From an uncultured Acidobacteriota bacterium (GTDB lineage Bacteria > Acidobacteriota > UBA6911): a DNA stretch of 64,000 nt. This document shows positions 53,305 to 64,000 of the stretch, in pieces. A model generated the notes under the pieces. That model ran no database searches and had not been told where the DNA came from. It was given only the letters and a program-made list of their open reading frames with translations. The stretch lies in assembly GCA_963843575.1 (NCBI GenBank), contig CAWJKZ010000013.1:480001-544000 (forward strand). The letters are read 5' to 3'. How positions within the stretch are numbered: the first letter of the stretch is position 1; every line of letters starts with the position of its first letter. Both the position numbers and the translations under genes were made by a program.

Positions 53305-54074
53305 CAGCTTCTCCACCTCATGGATTCAAGCGACCGGTAGGTCAGGAAGAGCCCCACGAACGCAAACGTCAGGTAGAAAATCACGTTGCTGGTGTCGACC
53401 ACGCCTTTTATGAAATCGTCCAGGTGCCCGATCACCGAGAGATAGCTGAGCACGTCGCGCGCGACACCCTGCGCCCCGGCCGAGAAGGACTCGATGAGCC
53501 ACAGGACCAGGATGACGCCGAAGGTGATCACGACCGCGACGATCTGGTTTTCCGTCAGCGTGGAGATGAAGAGGCCGACCGCCAGCAACGCCGCTCCGTA
53601 CAGTAACAGCCCCAGATATCCGCTCAGGATCGGCTTCCACTCCGGCTGCCCGTAGATGAAGAGGGCGGAGATCGTGATCCCGCTCGTCAGGAACATCAGG
53701 ACTAGGAACGAGAGGCTCGCGAGGTACTTGCCCATCATCGCCTGGAAGTTGCCGACGGGGGTCGTCAGGAGCAGCTCAATCGTCCCGCGCTTTTTCTCCT
53801 CGGCAATCAGCCCCATGGTGAGCATCGGGATCATGAACAGCAGCACGACGCTCATGGTACCGAAGAAGCTGCGGCTGACGATTCCCGGGACGTCGACCGG
53901 CTGGGCCCCCTGCCCGAACTGCGACTGCATCATCGTGGACTGGACTACCGCGGTGAGGATCGAGTAGAAGAAAAATCCCGACAGGAACAGGTAGACCGTC
54001 AGGACGACATAGGCGATCGGTGAGGCAAAATAGCCCTTCAGCTCTCGCTGCCAGATGGCCAGTATGTTCTGCAT
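53304..54074 (-). CDS. GldF-like ABC-2 permease
   Basis: RELKGYFASPIAYVV, EEKKRGTIELLLTTP and STLTENQIVA. Confidence 0.9.
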   Translation of the reverse strand: MQNILAIWQRELKGYFASPIAYVVLTVYLFLSGFFFYSILTAVVQSTMMQSQFGQGAQPVDVPGIVSRSFFGTMSVVLLFMIPMLTMGLIAEEKKRGTIELLLTTPVGNFQAMMGKYLASLSFLVLMFLTSGITISALFIYGQPEWKPILSGYLGLLLYGAALLAVGLFISTLTENQIVAVVITFGVILVLWLIESFSAGAQGVARDVLSYLSVIGHLDDFIKGVVDTSNVIFYLTFAFVGLFLTYRSLESMRWRS

Positions 54075-54115
54075 AGGTGAGATCCTTACAGAGTTTTGCG
54101 CAGCCCTTCGGGCGC

Positions 54116-55054
54116 CTACTCCTTCGTGATGAGGTTGATGAAGACATCTTCCAGGCTGACCGATACCCCGCGCAGCTCGAGGAGTCCCCAGCCCTGCGCC
54201 ACGATGGCTGCGGCGAGCTCCCGCCGGATGTCTGTGTCGAGCTTGCACTCCACCGTGTAGCTTGAGGGTTTCCCGTCGCCGCCGGCGCTGGTGACCTGGA
54301 CGCCGAGCACCCCGCCGACGGAGCCGAGCTTAGCCTGCACCTGCTCGGGCGGCCCATCGACAATCAGAGACACCCGCTCGGCCCCCTTGAACTGGTGTGC
54401 CAGCCCTTCTGGGGTGTCGATGGCCACGAGCTTCCCGTTGTTGATAATGACCACCCGGTTGCAGGTCATGCTAACTTCCGGGAGGATGTGGGTGGAGAGA
54501 ATCACCGTGTGCTCGCCGGCGAGGGCCTTGATGAGCGACCGGACCTCAGAGATCTGGCGCGGGTCCAGGCCGATGGTCGGTTCGTCCAGGATCAGGACTT
54601 CCGGGTTGTTCAGCAGCGACTGGGCGAGCCCAACGCGCTGCTTGTATCCCTTCGAGAGCTTCCCGATGATCCTGTTGCGGACGTCGCCTATGCTGCATTT
54701 CTGCATCACCTCGTCGACGTTAGCCTTGCGCTGCGCCCCCCGGGCACCTTTGATCCTGGCCACGAAATCGAGATACGACCGCACGGTCATCTCGGGGTAA
54801 AGCGGCGGGCTTTCGGGGAGATAGCCGATGCGCCTGCGCACCTCCAGGCTCTCCTCGAAAACGTCGTAGCCGGCTACCCGCGCAGTGCCGTCGGTCGCGG
54901 GCATGTAGCACGTCAGGATGCGCATCGTGGTGGTTTTTCCCGCGCCGTTGGGCCCGAGAAAGCCAAGGATCTCGCCCTTCTCGACCTTGAAGGAGATGTC
55001 ATCCACCGCCCTGCGGCCGCCGTACACTTTGGTGAGATGTTCTACCTCGATCAC
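54116..55054 (-). CDS. GldA-like ABC transporter ATP-binding protein
   Basis: [21 protein letters not shown] and LDEPTIGLDP. Confidence 0.92.
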   Translation of the reverse strand: MIEVEHLTKVYGGRRAVDDISFKVEKGEILGFLGPNGAGKTTTMRILTCYMPATDGTARVAGYDVFEESLEVRRRIGYLPESPPLYPEMTVRSYLDFVARIKGARGAQRKANVDEVMQKCSIGDVRNRIIGKLSKGYKQRVGLAQSLLNNPEVLILDEPTIGLDPRQISEVRSLIKALAGEHTVILSTHILPEVSMTCNRVVIINNGKLVAIDTPEGLAHQFKGAERVSLIVDGPPEQVQAKLGSVGGVLGVQVTSAGGDGKPSSYTVECKLDTDIRRELAAAIVAQGWGLLELRGVSVSLEDVFINLITKE

Positions 55055-55089
55055 GTAGCCCCTCCCGCGAATGGACAAGAAAACGGTAG

Positions 55090-55118
55090 ATTCTATTGGA
55101 CAGCCGCTTGCCAGTCAA
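55090..55118 (-). promoter_or_regulatory. Sigma70-type promoter of the Gld-like ABC operon
   Basis: Minus strand TTGACT-17 nt-TAGAAT. Confidence 0.65.
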
Positions 55119-55556
55119 CACCTTGCGCCTGATGCGCCTGTGCGTCCCCCACCCCGCGCCAGTCCTTAAACGTAATGTGTGCCGATTTTTTTCCATTTTT
55201 TTTGGAAGAAAGAAGCCCCTTTTACGTCTAAGCGGTAGGGAGCCAAGTAGAAAGGCGCCCTCCCGCGGGAGAAGGCGGATTTTTGGGAACGCCGTATCGA
55301 CCTTGCCGTATTAGTGCAGCGGGGAGAGCCACAATCGAGAGGGAAGCGGGGTCATCAACCTTGAACAACCAAAGGTTAAATCCACAAAAAAGACCCCGTC
55401 CGGTGAAACTATTTCTCGCCATTAACTATCTATAGTTCTGAAGTTTCTCGGGTGTGGGGCAATCCAGCCCGGTGATTGCCGGCCTCAAATAACAAAGCAG
55501 TAAAGGAATAGAGCCTTCTCGGGACAAACCTTCTCTCTGGGATTGGACAGTTACTC

Positions 55557-57143
55557 ATGATCGAACTTGAACAGGACGAATTGCTTGAGGGTTCGGATCT
55601 TTATGATCCTCAGGTAGATACGGACGATGACACCGAATCCGGGTCCGGCGAATTCACCGGGTTGACGAGGGCAAACTACGTCGACAGGGTGCGTTTCGAC
55701 AGGGTCCCGGATGAAAACCGTGCCGCGGGCAGGGAAGAGTCGGCCTCGTCGGCCGACCCCCTGTACATTTATTATCGCAGCATGAGTAAGATCCGACTCC
55801 TTACGCGTGAGGAGGAGGTCTACCTGGCCAAGAAGATCGAGTCGGCCAAGCTGAACACGTTGCGGCTCCTGTCGCTGACGAGCGTCAGCTCCCTCAAGCT
55901 GGGTGAAATCGCCGACGGTCTCCAGCCCGCGCACCCCGGGATCAACACCCAGGAGGGAATCGAAGCGAAACGCGAGGCGGACAGCGAGATCCCACTCGAA
56001 GAGCGCAACCGCATCCGCGATAGAGAGGTGCGCAAAATCCTCTCGCGTGTCGAAAAGCTCGAGACGAAGTACCGGGCCCTCAAGGTCGAACTGGCCAAGG
56101 CGCGCGGCAAAGACAGAGCCCGCGAGTTGGTCAAGATCCGGAACGTCAGGGAGGCGATCCACCAGACGCTCCTGCGGTTTGACTTCAGCGAAAACCAGAT
56201 CAACACCCTCGTCAGCAGCCTCGATGGCGTGGCACGTCAGCTTGACGAAGGCCAGCGGGTGGTCGGCCGGAACGCGCGGGCGGATCAGGCTCGGGCGGCG
56301 CGCGAGGCTCGCGCCCGCGCGAGGGAACTTGAAGCCCGATACCTGACCAACGCGGCCGAGTTGCGCAAGATCCTCTCGCTCATCGGCGAGAACAAGACGG
56401 AGATGGCGCGGGCCAAGGACGAGTTTGTGCGTGCCAACCTCAGGCTGGTCCTGAGTATCGCCAAGAACTACTCCTATCCAGGGCTGGACCTGCTCGACCT
56501 GGTTCAGGAGGGGAACATCGGTCTCATGAAGGCGGTCGACAAGTTCAACTACCGCCTCGGCCACAAGTTCTCGACCTACGCCACGTGGTGGATCCGCCAG
56601 AGCATTACCCGTGCGATCGCCGACCAGGGGCGGACCATCCGGATCCCGGTCCACATGGTCGAGGCCATGAACCGGGTCTTGAAGACTTCCAACGAGCTGA
56701 CCAAGCGGCTGGGGAGGGAGCCCTCCGTGCACGAATTGGCCAAGGAGCTGAAGACGCCGGTATCGAAGGTTACCCAGATCCTGAAAGCGGCCCAGGAGCC
56801 CATTTCGCTGGAGGCGAGCATCGCCGACAACAAGGACGCCGTGCTGAACAAGTTCATCGAGGATAAAAACGCCGTCTCGCCCGACGAGGACGTGATGCGT
56901 CACAACCTCAGGGAGGCGACCGACTCGGCTCTCGAGACCCTGTCGCCCCGCGAACAGGAAATCGTGCGCATGCGCTACGGCCTGAACGAGGCCGGCAAGG
57001 AGTACACCCTGCAGGAAGTCGGAGAGATGTTCCAGGTCACCAGGGAGCGTATCCGGCAGATCGAGGAGAAGGCATTGCTGAAGCTGCGCAGCCCGTACCG
57101 GTCGAGCAAGCTGCGCGAGTTCGCGGATTTCGTGAGCAACTGA
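55557..57143 (+). CDS. RpoD-like (group 1/2) sigma-70 factor
   Basis: [51 protein letters not shown] and [10 protein letters not shown]. Confidence 0.93.
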   Translation: MIELEQDELLEGSDLYDPQVDTDDDTESGSGEFTGLTRANYVDRVRFDRVPDENRAAGREESASSADPLYIYYRSMSKIRLLTREEEVYLAKKIESAKLNTLRLLSLTSVSSLKLGEIADGLQPAHPGINTQEGIEAKREADSEIPLEERNRIRDREVRKILSRVEKLETKYRALKVELAKARGKDRARELVKIRNVREAIHQTLLRFDFSENQINTLVSSLDGVARQLDEGQRVVGRNARADQARAAREARARARELEARYLTNAAELRKILSLIGENKTEMARAKDEFVRANLRLVLSIAKNYSYPGLDLLDLVQEGNIGLMKAVDKFNYRLGHKFSTYATWWIRQSITRAIADQGRTIRIPVHMVEAMNRVLKTSNELTKRLGREPSVHELAKELKTPVSKVTQILKAAQEPISLEASIADNKDAVLNKFIEDKNAVSPDEDVMRHNLREATDSALETLSPREQEIVRMRYGLNEAGKEYTLQEVGEMFQVTRERIRQIEEKALLKLRSPYRSSKLREFADFVSN

Positions 57144-57161
57144 AGGGCAAGCGGTAAGGGG

Positions 57162-57203
57162 AACAAAAAGGCCCCCCGGGGCGCGGGGGGCCTTTTTTTG
57201 TTT
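57162..57203. terminator. Bidirectional Rho-independent terminator
   Basis: AAAAAGGCCCCCCG-GGGCG-CGGGGGGCCTTTTTTT between the convergent sigma and HU genes. Confidence 0.9.
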
Positions 57204-57217
57204 TCGGCTGCTGTTAC

Positions 57218-57490
57218 CTACTTCACCGCCTTTTTCAGGTCGCTCCCCGCAGTGAACTTGGGAACTTTCCTTGCGGCGATCTTGATGGGAACACCGGTCT
57301 GAGGGTTCCGCCCGGTGCGGGCTTTCCGCTTTGTCACCGAAAAAGTGCCGAAGCCGACGATGGTTACTTTCTGACTCTTCTTCAGCGAAGCGGTTATCGC
57401 GTGTATGAGCGAATTGAATACGCCTTCGGCCTGACTCTTCGTAATCTCGCTGTCAGCGGCGATCTTAGCTACCAAGTCTCCCTTGTTCAA
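57218..57490 (-). CDS. hup: DNA-binding protein HU
   Basis: NKGDLV, GFGTF, ARTGRNPQTG and PKFTAG; TTG start after a GGAGG RBS. Confidence 0.93.
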   Translation of the reverse strand: MNKGDLVAKIAADSEITKSQAEGVFNSLIHAITASLKKSQKVTIVGFGTFSVTKRKARTGRNPQTGVPIKIAARKVPKFTAGSDLKKAVK

Positions 57491-57779
57491 AGAATTGCCC
57501 TCCTTGTCGGGTCTCTGGTGTTGGATGGGGAACGGCCGCAACTAATAGCACCGTGGGTCTGGGGGAGTCAAGGCAAATCCGCGCCAGAAGCGGACTTGAG
57601 GCTTTCCCGCCCCGGGGTTCCCCGCCCTCCGGGTGTCCGTTCCGGAAGGGATCGACGAGCCGCTCGCTCGTTTTTCCGGCCTCATCGTTTCATACGGTTG
57701 TCTTCACTTTCGAGTCAGTACTCTGGTATTGTCTTTCCCTTTGGAATTCTACGGTCAGAAATCTCGACGAGGTCGCAGC

Positions 57780-59991
57780 ATGGAGCCGACAGCACCCGCA
57801 GACGAAATGCAGCAGGTTCTCGAGGGTAGACACTCCGACCCGTTCCACGTGCTCGGCGCCCACCTGACCGTCAGCGACGGCAAGCCCGCCGTGGCCGTGC
57901 GCGCCTTCATTCCGGAGGCTGCGGGCGTCGCCGTCCTGGCCGATGCCGGGCGCAGGGAGATGACCCGGGTGGACCCGGACGGTTTCTTCGAGGCGCTGTT
58001 CGAAGGCCGGGACCAGCTCTTCACCTACACGCTCGAGCTCACGTTACCGGACGGCAGCCGACGGGAAATCCACGACCCGTATTCCTTCTGGCCCATCCTT
58101 TCCGATTACGACATCTACCTTTTCGGTGAGGGGAGGCACCTCGAAAGCCTACGAAAAACTCGGCGCGCATGTCCGGGAGTTCGGGGGAGTGTCCGGCGTC
58201 CTTTTCGCCGTCTGGGCACCCAATGCCAGCCGGGTCAGCGTCGTCGGGGACTTCAACTCGTGGAACGGCCTCCGGCACCCGATGCGCTCGCGGCCGACCT
58301 CCGGCATCTGGGAACTTTTCATCCCCGGTCTTGGACTGGGGGAAATCTACAAGTTCGAGGTCGTCGCGGTCCGGGGATTACCTGGTCCAGAAGGCCGATC
58401 CCGTTCGCGTTCAGTTCGGAGTTGCGGCCGAGGACGGCCTCGGTCGTCTGCGATATCGACCGGTACGCCTGGGGCGACGAGGAGTGGATTGCGCGAAGGC
58501 GGCAGGCAAACGGATTGGACCGGCCAATCTCCATTTACGAGGTTCATCCTCGGCTCCTGGAAGCGGCATGCGGACGGGACGCTGGCTGAGCTATCGCGAG
58601 CTCGCCGCTGACCTGGTGGCGTATGTCAAGGAGATGGGATTCACCCACATCGAGCTGCATGCCGGTCAGCGAGCACCCGCTGGACGAATCCTGGGGTTAC
58701 CAGACCACCGGGTACTTCGGCGTCACCAGCCGGTACGGGACCCCGGAGGATTTTCAGTACTTCGTCGACACCTGCCACCAGAACGGGATCGGCGTGATCC
58801 TCGATTGGGTTCCGGCCCACTTCCCGATGGATGAGCACGGCCTGCGCTACTTCGACGGGACCTACCTCTACGAGCACGAGGATCCGCGGATGGGGCAACA
58901 CCAGGACTGGGGCACGGCCATCTTCAACTTCGGCCGGACCGAGGTGCGCAACTTCCTGATCTCCAACGCCCTGTTCTGGCTCGACAAGTACCACATCGAC
59001 GGCCTGCGCGTGGACGCCGTCGCGTCGATGCTCTACCTGGACTACTCGCGAAAACCGGGCGAGTGGATGCCTAACCAGTACGGCGGCAACCAGAACCTCG
59101 AAGCGGTCGACTTCATCAAGGAATTGAACCGGATAGTGCACGGCCAGTACCACGACGTGCTGACTATCGCCGAGGAGTCGACCGCGTGGCCCGGGTGTCA
59201 CGCTCCCCGTGCATCTGGGCGGACTCGGATTCTCGCTGAAGTGGAACATGGGGTGGATGCACGACATCCTGACGTATTTTTCCAGGGAACCCGTTCACCG
59301 CAAGTTTCATCACAACAACCTGACGTTCGCCCTCATGTACGCCTTCACGGAGAATTTCGTCCTGGTGTTTTCGCACGACGAGGTTGTCCACATGAAGGGC
59401 TCCATGCTCCGGAAGATGCCGGGGGACGACTGGCAGAAGTTCGCCAATCTCCGGGCGCTCTACGCCCTCATGTTCGCGTTTCCCGGGAAGAAGCTGCTGT
59501 TCATGGGCAGCGAGATCGGGCAATGGGATGAGTGGCGCCACGACCGGAGCCTGGACTGGCACCTGCTCCAGTATCCGCCGCACCGCGAGCTGCAGACCTG
59601 CCTCAGGGACCTCAACGGCCTCTACGCGACCCTCGGGCAGCTGCACACGATCGACTTCCAGTACACCGGGTTCGAGTGGATCGATTTCGCAGACGTGGAG
59701 AGTTCCATTATTTCGTTCATACGCAAATCGGCCGATGTCGATGACCCGCTCGTGGTCGTGGGCAACTTCACGCCTGTCCCGCGGCCGGGTTACCGCGTCG
59801 GCGTGCCGCACGGCGGCCCATACAGGGTCGTGTTCAACAGCGACTCGGCCGCCTACGGAGGGGGAGACACGGGTAACACCAGGGTGACGGCCGAGCAGAT
59901 CCCCTGCCAGGGCAGGCCGAACTCGGTTGTCCTGACGTTGCCGCCGCTCGCCGTCATCTATCTGCGCCGCGAACCCGGCACCGGTCAGTAG
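57780..59991 (+). CDS. glgB: 1,4-alpha-glucan branching enzyme (several apparent frameshifts)
   Basis: [51 protein letters not shown] and SHDEVVH. Confidence 0.92.
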
Positions 59992-59998
59992 CCGAACG

Positions 59999-62165
59999 AT
60001 GCGAAAGAAACCCCTGTGCGTGGCCTTGTTGTGGCACATGCACCAACCTGACTACGGCAACATACAGACGGGGGAGATCTATCTCCCCTGGACGCGCTTC
60101 CACGCCGTGAAGGACTACTACGACATGGCCGCGCTGGTCGAGCAGGCGCCCGGGTTGCGGTTGACCTTCAACGTCGTTCCCTCGCTCATCGATCAGCTCG
60201 TCGCCTACGGCAACGGCACGGCCAGGGAAACCTATGCGGCGCTGACCCTGAAGAACGCGGCCGAGCTGGACCAATTACGAGCAGGAGTTCCTGCTGCGCA
60301 GTTTTTTCCAGCTCACGTGGAAGGAGATGGTCCTGCCCTACCCGCGCTACCGCGAGCTGCTCGACAGGCGAGGCGGCAACAACGCGCGCGGCGACTACAC
60401 CGAAGCGGCCCGGCGCTTCGGGACCCAGGATTTCCGGGACCTCCAGGTCTGGTTCAACCTGGCCTGGTGCGGGCGGGAACTCCGGCGCGACGCCGAGATC
60501 GCGGCCTTACTGCAAAAAGGGAGACAGTTCACCGAGGACGAAAAGAAGCGCCTGCTCGAGATTCAATTCGCCTTCATCCGGCGCATCCTCCCGTTCTACC
60601 GCCGGCTCATGGAAGAGGGCGGCATCGAGATCTCGGTCTCTCCCTATTACCACGCGATTCTGCCGCTGCTGTGCGACAACCGTTCGGCTCGGGAGGCTCT
60701 CCCCTCCATTGCGTTGCCGGAAAACCCGTTCTCGTTCCCTTCGGATGCCCGCGAGCACATCGAGTCCGCCGTGCGCAGGTACGTGGAGATCTTCGAAAGG
60801 GCGCCGCAGGGCATGTGGCCCTCGGAAGGCTCCGTCAGCAACGCCGCGCTGCAGCTGGCCGGCGAGAGCGGTCTGCGCTGGCTGGCCACGGACGAGGCGG
60901 TGCTGCTGAATTCCCTGCAGCGGCAGGGGATGGCGGCCGGCGGGCTGACGGCCGAGAAGCGCTACAGGGCCTACCGCGTCGGAAATGGCCGGGCGGCGCC
61001 CTGCCTCTTTTTCCGCGATCACGGCCTGTCCGATCTCATCGGTTTCACCTACTCGCACTGGAGTGCACCCGAGGCCGCGGACGACTTCCTCCAGCGGTTG
61101 CGCCAGATTCACCGCAGCCTGCCCGACGACGGCCGATATTACGTGGTTCCCGTGATCCTGGACGGGGAAAACGCCTGGGAGCACTACCCGGAGAACGGGA
61201 CCGAGTTCCTCTCTCTGCTCTACCGGAACCTGACGGAGTCCGACGAAATCCGGACCGTGACCTTCTCGGAATACCTCGAGCTGGAACCTGCACCCGACAC
61301 TCTCCACTCGGTGGTGGCCGGCTCCTGGATCTACGGCAACCTCGCGACCTGGATCGGCCACCCCGAAAAGAACCGCGCCTGGCAGGCGCTCGGGGCCGCC
61401 CGCAACTTTATTGGCCCCCACCTGCTCGGCGGCAGGGCCAGCGGCGGCGAAGCGTTCCGGGAGTTGCTGATCGCGGAAGGCAGCGATTGGTTCTGGTGGT
61501 ACGGGGACGACCACCAGACGGAAAACGCGGCCGAGTTCGATTCGCTTTTCCGGACGCACGTCAAGAACGTCTATCGCCTGCTGGGCCAGCCATATCCGTT
61601 GGACCTGGATACCCCGATCAAGAAAACGGAAAGCAAGACCCAGTACCGCGACCCGGTCCACACGGTGACGCCGCACATCGACGGGCGGGTCACCGACTAT
61701 TTCGAGTGGATCGCGGCCGGATTCGCCGTCCCCGCCGGGGGCGAATCCATGCATCGCACGGACCGGTATTTCGAGAAGGTGTATTTCGGATACGACGCGC
61801 GGCACTTCTACGTCCGGCTCGACCTTTTGTCGGACCGCGGACGGGCGGTTCCGGCGCCAGACTCCTACCAGCTGCACTTCGTCGCACCCAACGAGTGCCT
61901 TTACACGATGGAGTGGGATGGGACCGGGTGGCGCGTGCGCATCCTGCGCGCACCCCAGCCGGAACTGCCCCCGGGGTTCGCAGGCGACCGCATCCTGGAG
62001 ATCGCGGTCCCGCTGGAGGCTCTCGGGGTGCAAAGGTCCGCTCACGTCCGGTTTTTCGTGGCGGCGTTTGATCACGGCATCGAGCTCGAGCGGTTCCCCC
62101 GCAGCGACTTTATCACCGTGGCGGTGGACCCGTGGGGCCTCGATCACCGCGAGTGGATCGTCTGA
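59999..62165 (+). CDS. Glycoside hydrolase family 57 protein (apparent frameshift near 60277)
   Basis: WHMHQP, PYYHAILPLL, WPSEG (nucleophile), ILDGENAWE (acid/base), GSWI and AEGSDWFWW. Confidence 0.9.
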
Positions 62166-62291
62166 AGTTTCGGGGACCGGCGCAGTTACCCCCAGGGTTG
62201 GGGCCGGTCCGGTGTGCATCGCGGCTCCGCGGGGCCGCTCCGGTATTCTTCGGCGCCGTATCCCGGCAGGGGGCGCCGTACAACAGGACTT

Positions 62292-64000
62292 ATGACAATT
62301 TCGCTACCATCCCCCGCCGAAGTGTCGGACCTGATTGCAGGCCTGAAGCGACTCGCCGGCAACCTGTGGTGGACCTGGAACCAGGAGTCCCAGGAGATAT
62401 TTCACGAGCTGTCGCCGCGCAGCTGGCAGAACCTGTACCACAACGCGGTCGCGGTTCTGCAGGAAGTCTCGGATTACGAACTGAGCGTGCGGCTGCAGGA
62501 TCCCGTTTTCGCGGCGCGCGTCCGCAACGTCCTGGCGGCGTTCGACGACTATCTGGCCGAGACCGACACCTGGGCACGCGAGAACGCGGGGCCCCTGCTG
62601 AAAAATCCGGTGGCCTATTTCACGGCTGAAATCGGGTTCCACGAAACGCTGCCGATCGCGGCGGGCGGGCTCGGGATTCTCGCCGGGAGACCACGCGCGC
62701 TCGGCGAGCGACCTCGGCATCGGGTTCGTCGGGGTCAGCATCTTCTACCGCGAGGGGTATTTCCAGCAGGCGATCAACCAGGACAACTGGCAGACCGAAT
62801 ACTACACCCTGCTCAACCCGAAGACGCTGCCGCTGGAACCGGTGCTCGGCGCCGACGGCAAACCGGTCGTCTCCTACGTCGACATCGACCTGAACCGCGT
62901 CTACTTCCAGGCCTGGCGCGCCAATGTCGGGCGTTGCCCCGTCTACCTGCTCGACAGCAACCGTCCCGAAAACGAGCAGCTCTACCGCGACCTCACGCTG
63001 CGGGTCTACGGCGGCGACACCTCCACCCGCATCATGCAGGAGATGCTGCTCGGCTTCGGCGGCGTGCGCCTGCTGCGCGCGCTCGGCATCGAGCCTTCCG
63101 TGTTCCACATGAACGAAGGGCACGTCGCGTTCCTGGCGCTCGAGCTGCTGCGCGAGAAGAGGCGGCAGGGCATGTCGTTCGAGGACGCGCTGCAGGCGAC
63201 GCGCGCGCAGTGCATCTTCACGACCCACACTCCGGTCGAGGCGGGACACGACCGCTTCAGCCCGGAGCTGATGCGGTACGCGATGCACGAGGTCCAGCCG
63301 CAGATCACGGCCTCCTTCTCCGAACTGATGGCGCTCGGGCGCGTCCGTCCCGCAGACGAGAACGAGACCTTCTGCATGACCGTCCTCGCGTTGAAGACCT
63401 CGCCGCGCGGCCAATGCGGTCAGCGAACTGCACGGACGCGTCAGCCGCAAGATGTGGCACGCGCTGTACCCGGGGGTCCCGGTCGACGAGGTCCCGATCG
63501 GCCACATCACCAACGGCATCCACCTGCGTCGGGTGGATGAAGGGCCCGGTGCGCAGCTTCTGGAAACGCAAGCTCGGGCCCGCTCTGGGACAAGGACATC
63601 AACTCGGCGGAGTACTGGCAGCGGATGACCGATCCTGACTTCGTCTCCGACGAGGAACTCTGGGCACTGCGCTACCGTCTGCGGCGCGCCCTGATCGAGT
63701 TCGCCCGCCGGCGCCTCGTCCAGCAGGTGCGTCCCGCGAGGTGGACTTCATCTCCTTCGACCGGCTGCTCAATCCCGACGCCCTGACCATCGGGTTCGCC
63801 CGGCGCTTCGCCACCTACAAGCGGGCGCCCGCTGGTGTTCCAAGACCTCGACCGCATCGTGCCGGCTGGTGCTCGACACCGAGCGGCCGATCCAGTTCAT
63901 TTTCGCCGGCAAGGCCCACCCGCTCGACAGAGACGGTAAGCGCTACATCCAGCGGATCATCGAGCTGAGCAAGATGTCGCGAGCTGAAGGGACGCCTCGT
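62292..64000 (+). CDS. glgP: Alpha-glucan phosphorylase, partial, several frameshifts
   Basis: [47 protein letters not shown] and [12 protein letters not shown]. Confidence 0.9.

Overview
High-GC, mostly housekeeping bacterial chromosome segment, most likely Acidobacteriota (inferred from the Oar-like TonB-dependent receptor, the radA-PIN/TRAM-ispDF-rlmB order and the ccm layout). From left to right: a Suf Fe-S operon with an Rrf2 regulator; trpS; Xaa-Pro aminopeptidase; an alpha/beta hydrolase; a variant cytochrome c maturation operon (Cys-type CcmE plus two accessory genes); a tandem pair of PAS-GAF-GGDEF proteins sharing an uncharacterised AhpD-like N-terminal domain, one catalytically intact and one degenerate; a pilus-associated-type ABC/TPR module; rlmB, ispDF, PIN/TRAM and radA; a TonB-dependent receptor; the ispE-tRNA-Gln-prs-rplY-pth-rpsF-rpsR-rplI-dnaB-alr block; a TPR protein and comEA; rimP-nusA-infB-DUF503-rbfA-truB; a GldAFG-like/DUF4340 ABC module; an RpoD-like sigma factor; HU; and glgB-GH57-glgP. 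Many essential genes carry single-base frameshifts, which points to long-read consensus errors rather than pseudogenes. The best leads are the active/inactive diguanylate cyclase pair, a ~175-nt 6S-like rod-shaped RNA between radA and the PIN/TRAM gene, a structured 5' leader on the TonB receptor, and the variant Ccm system. No CRISPR array, transposase or prophage gene was seen.
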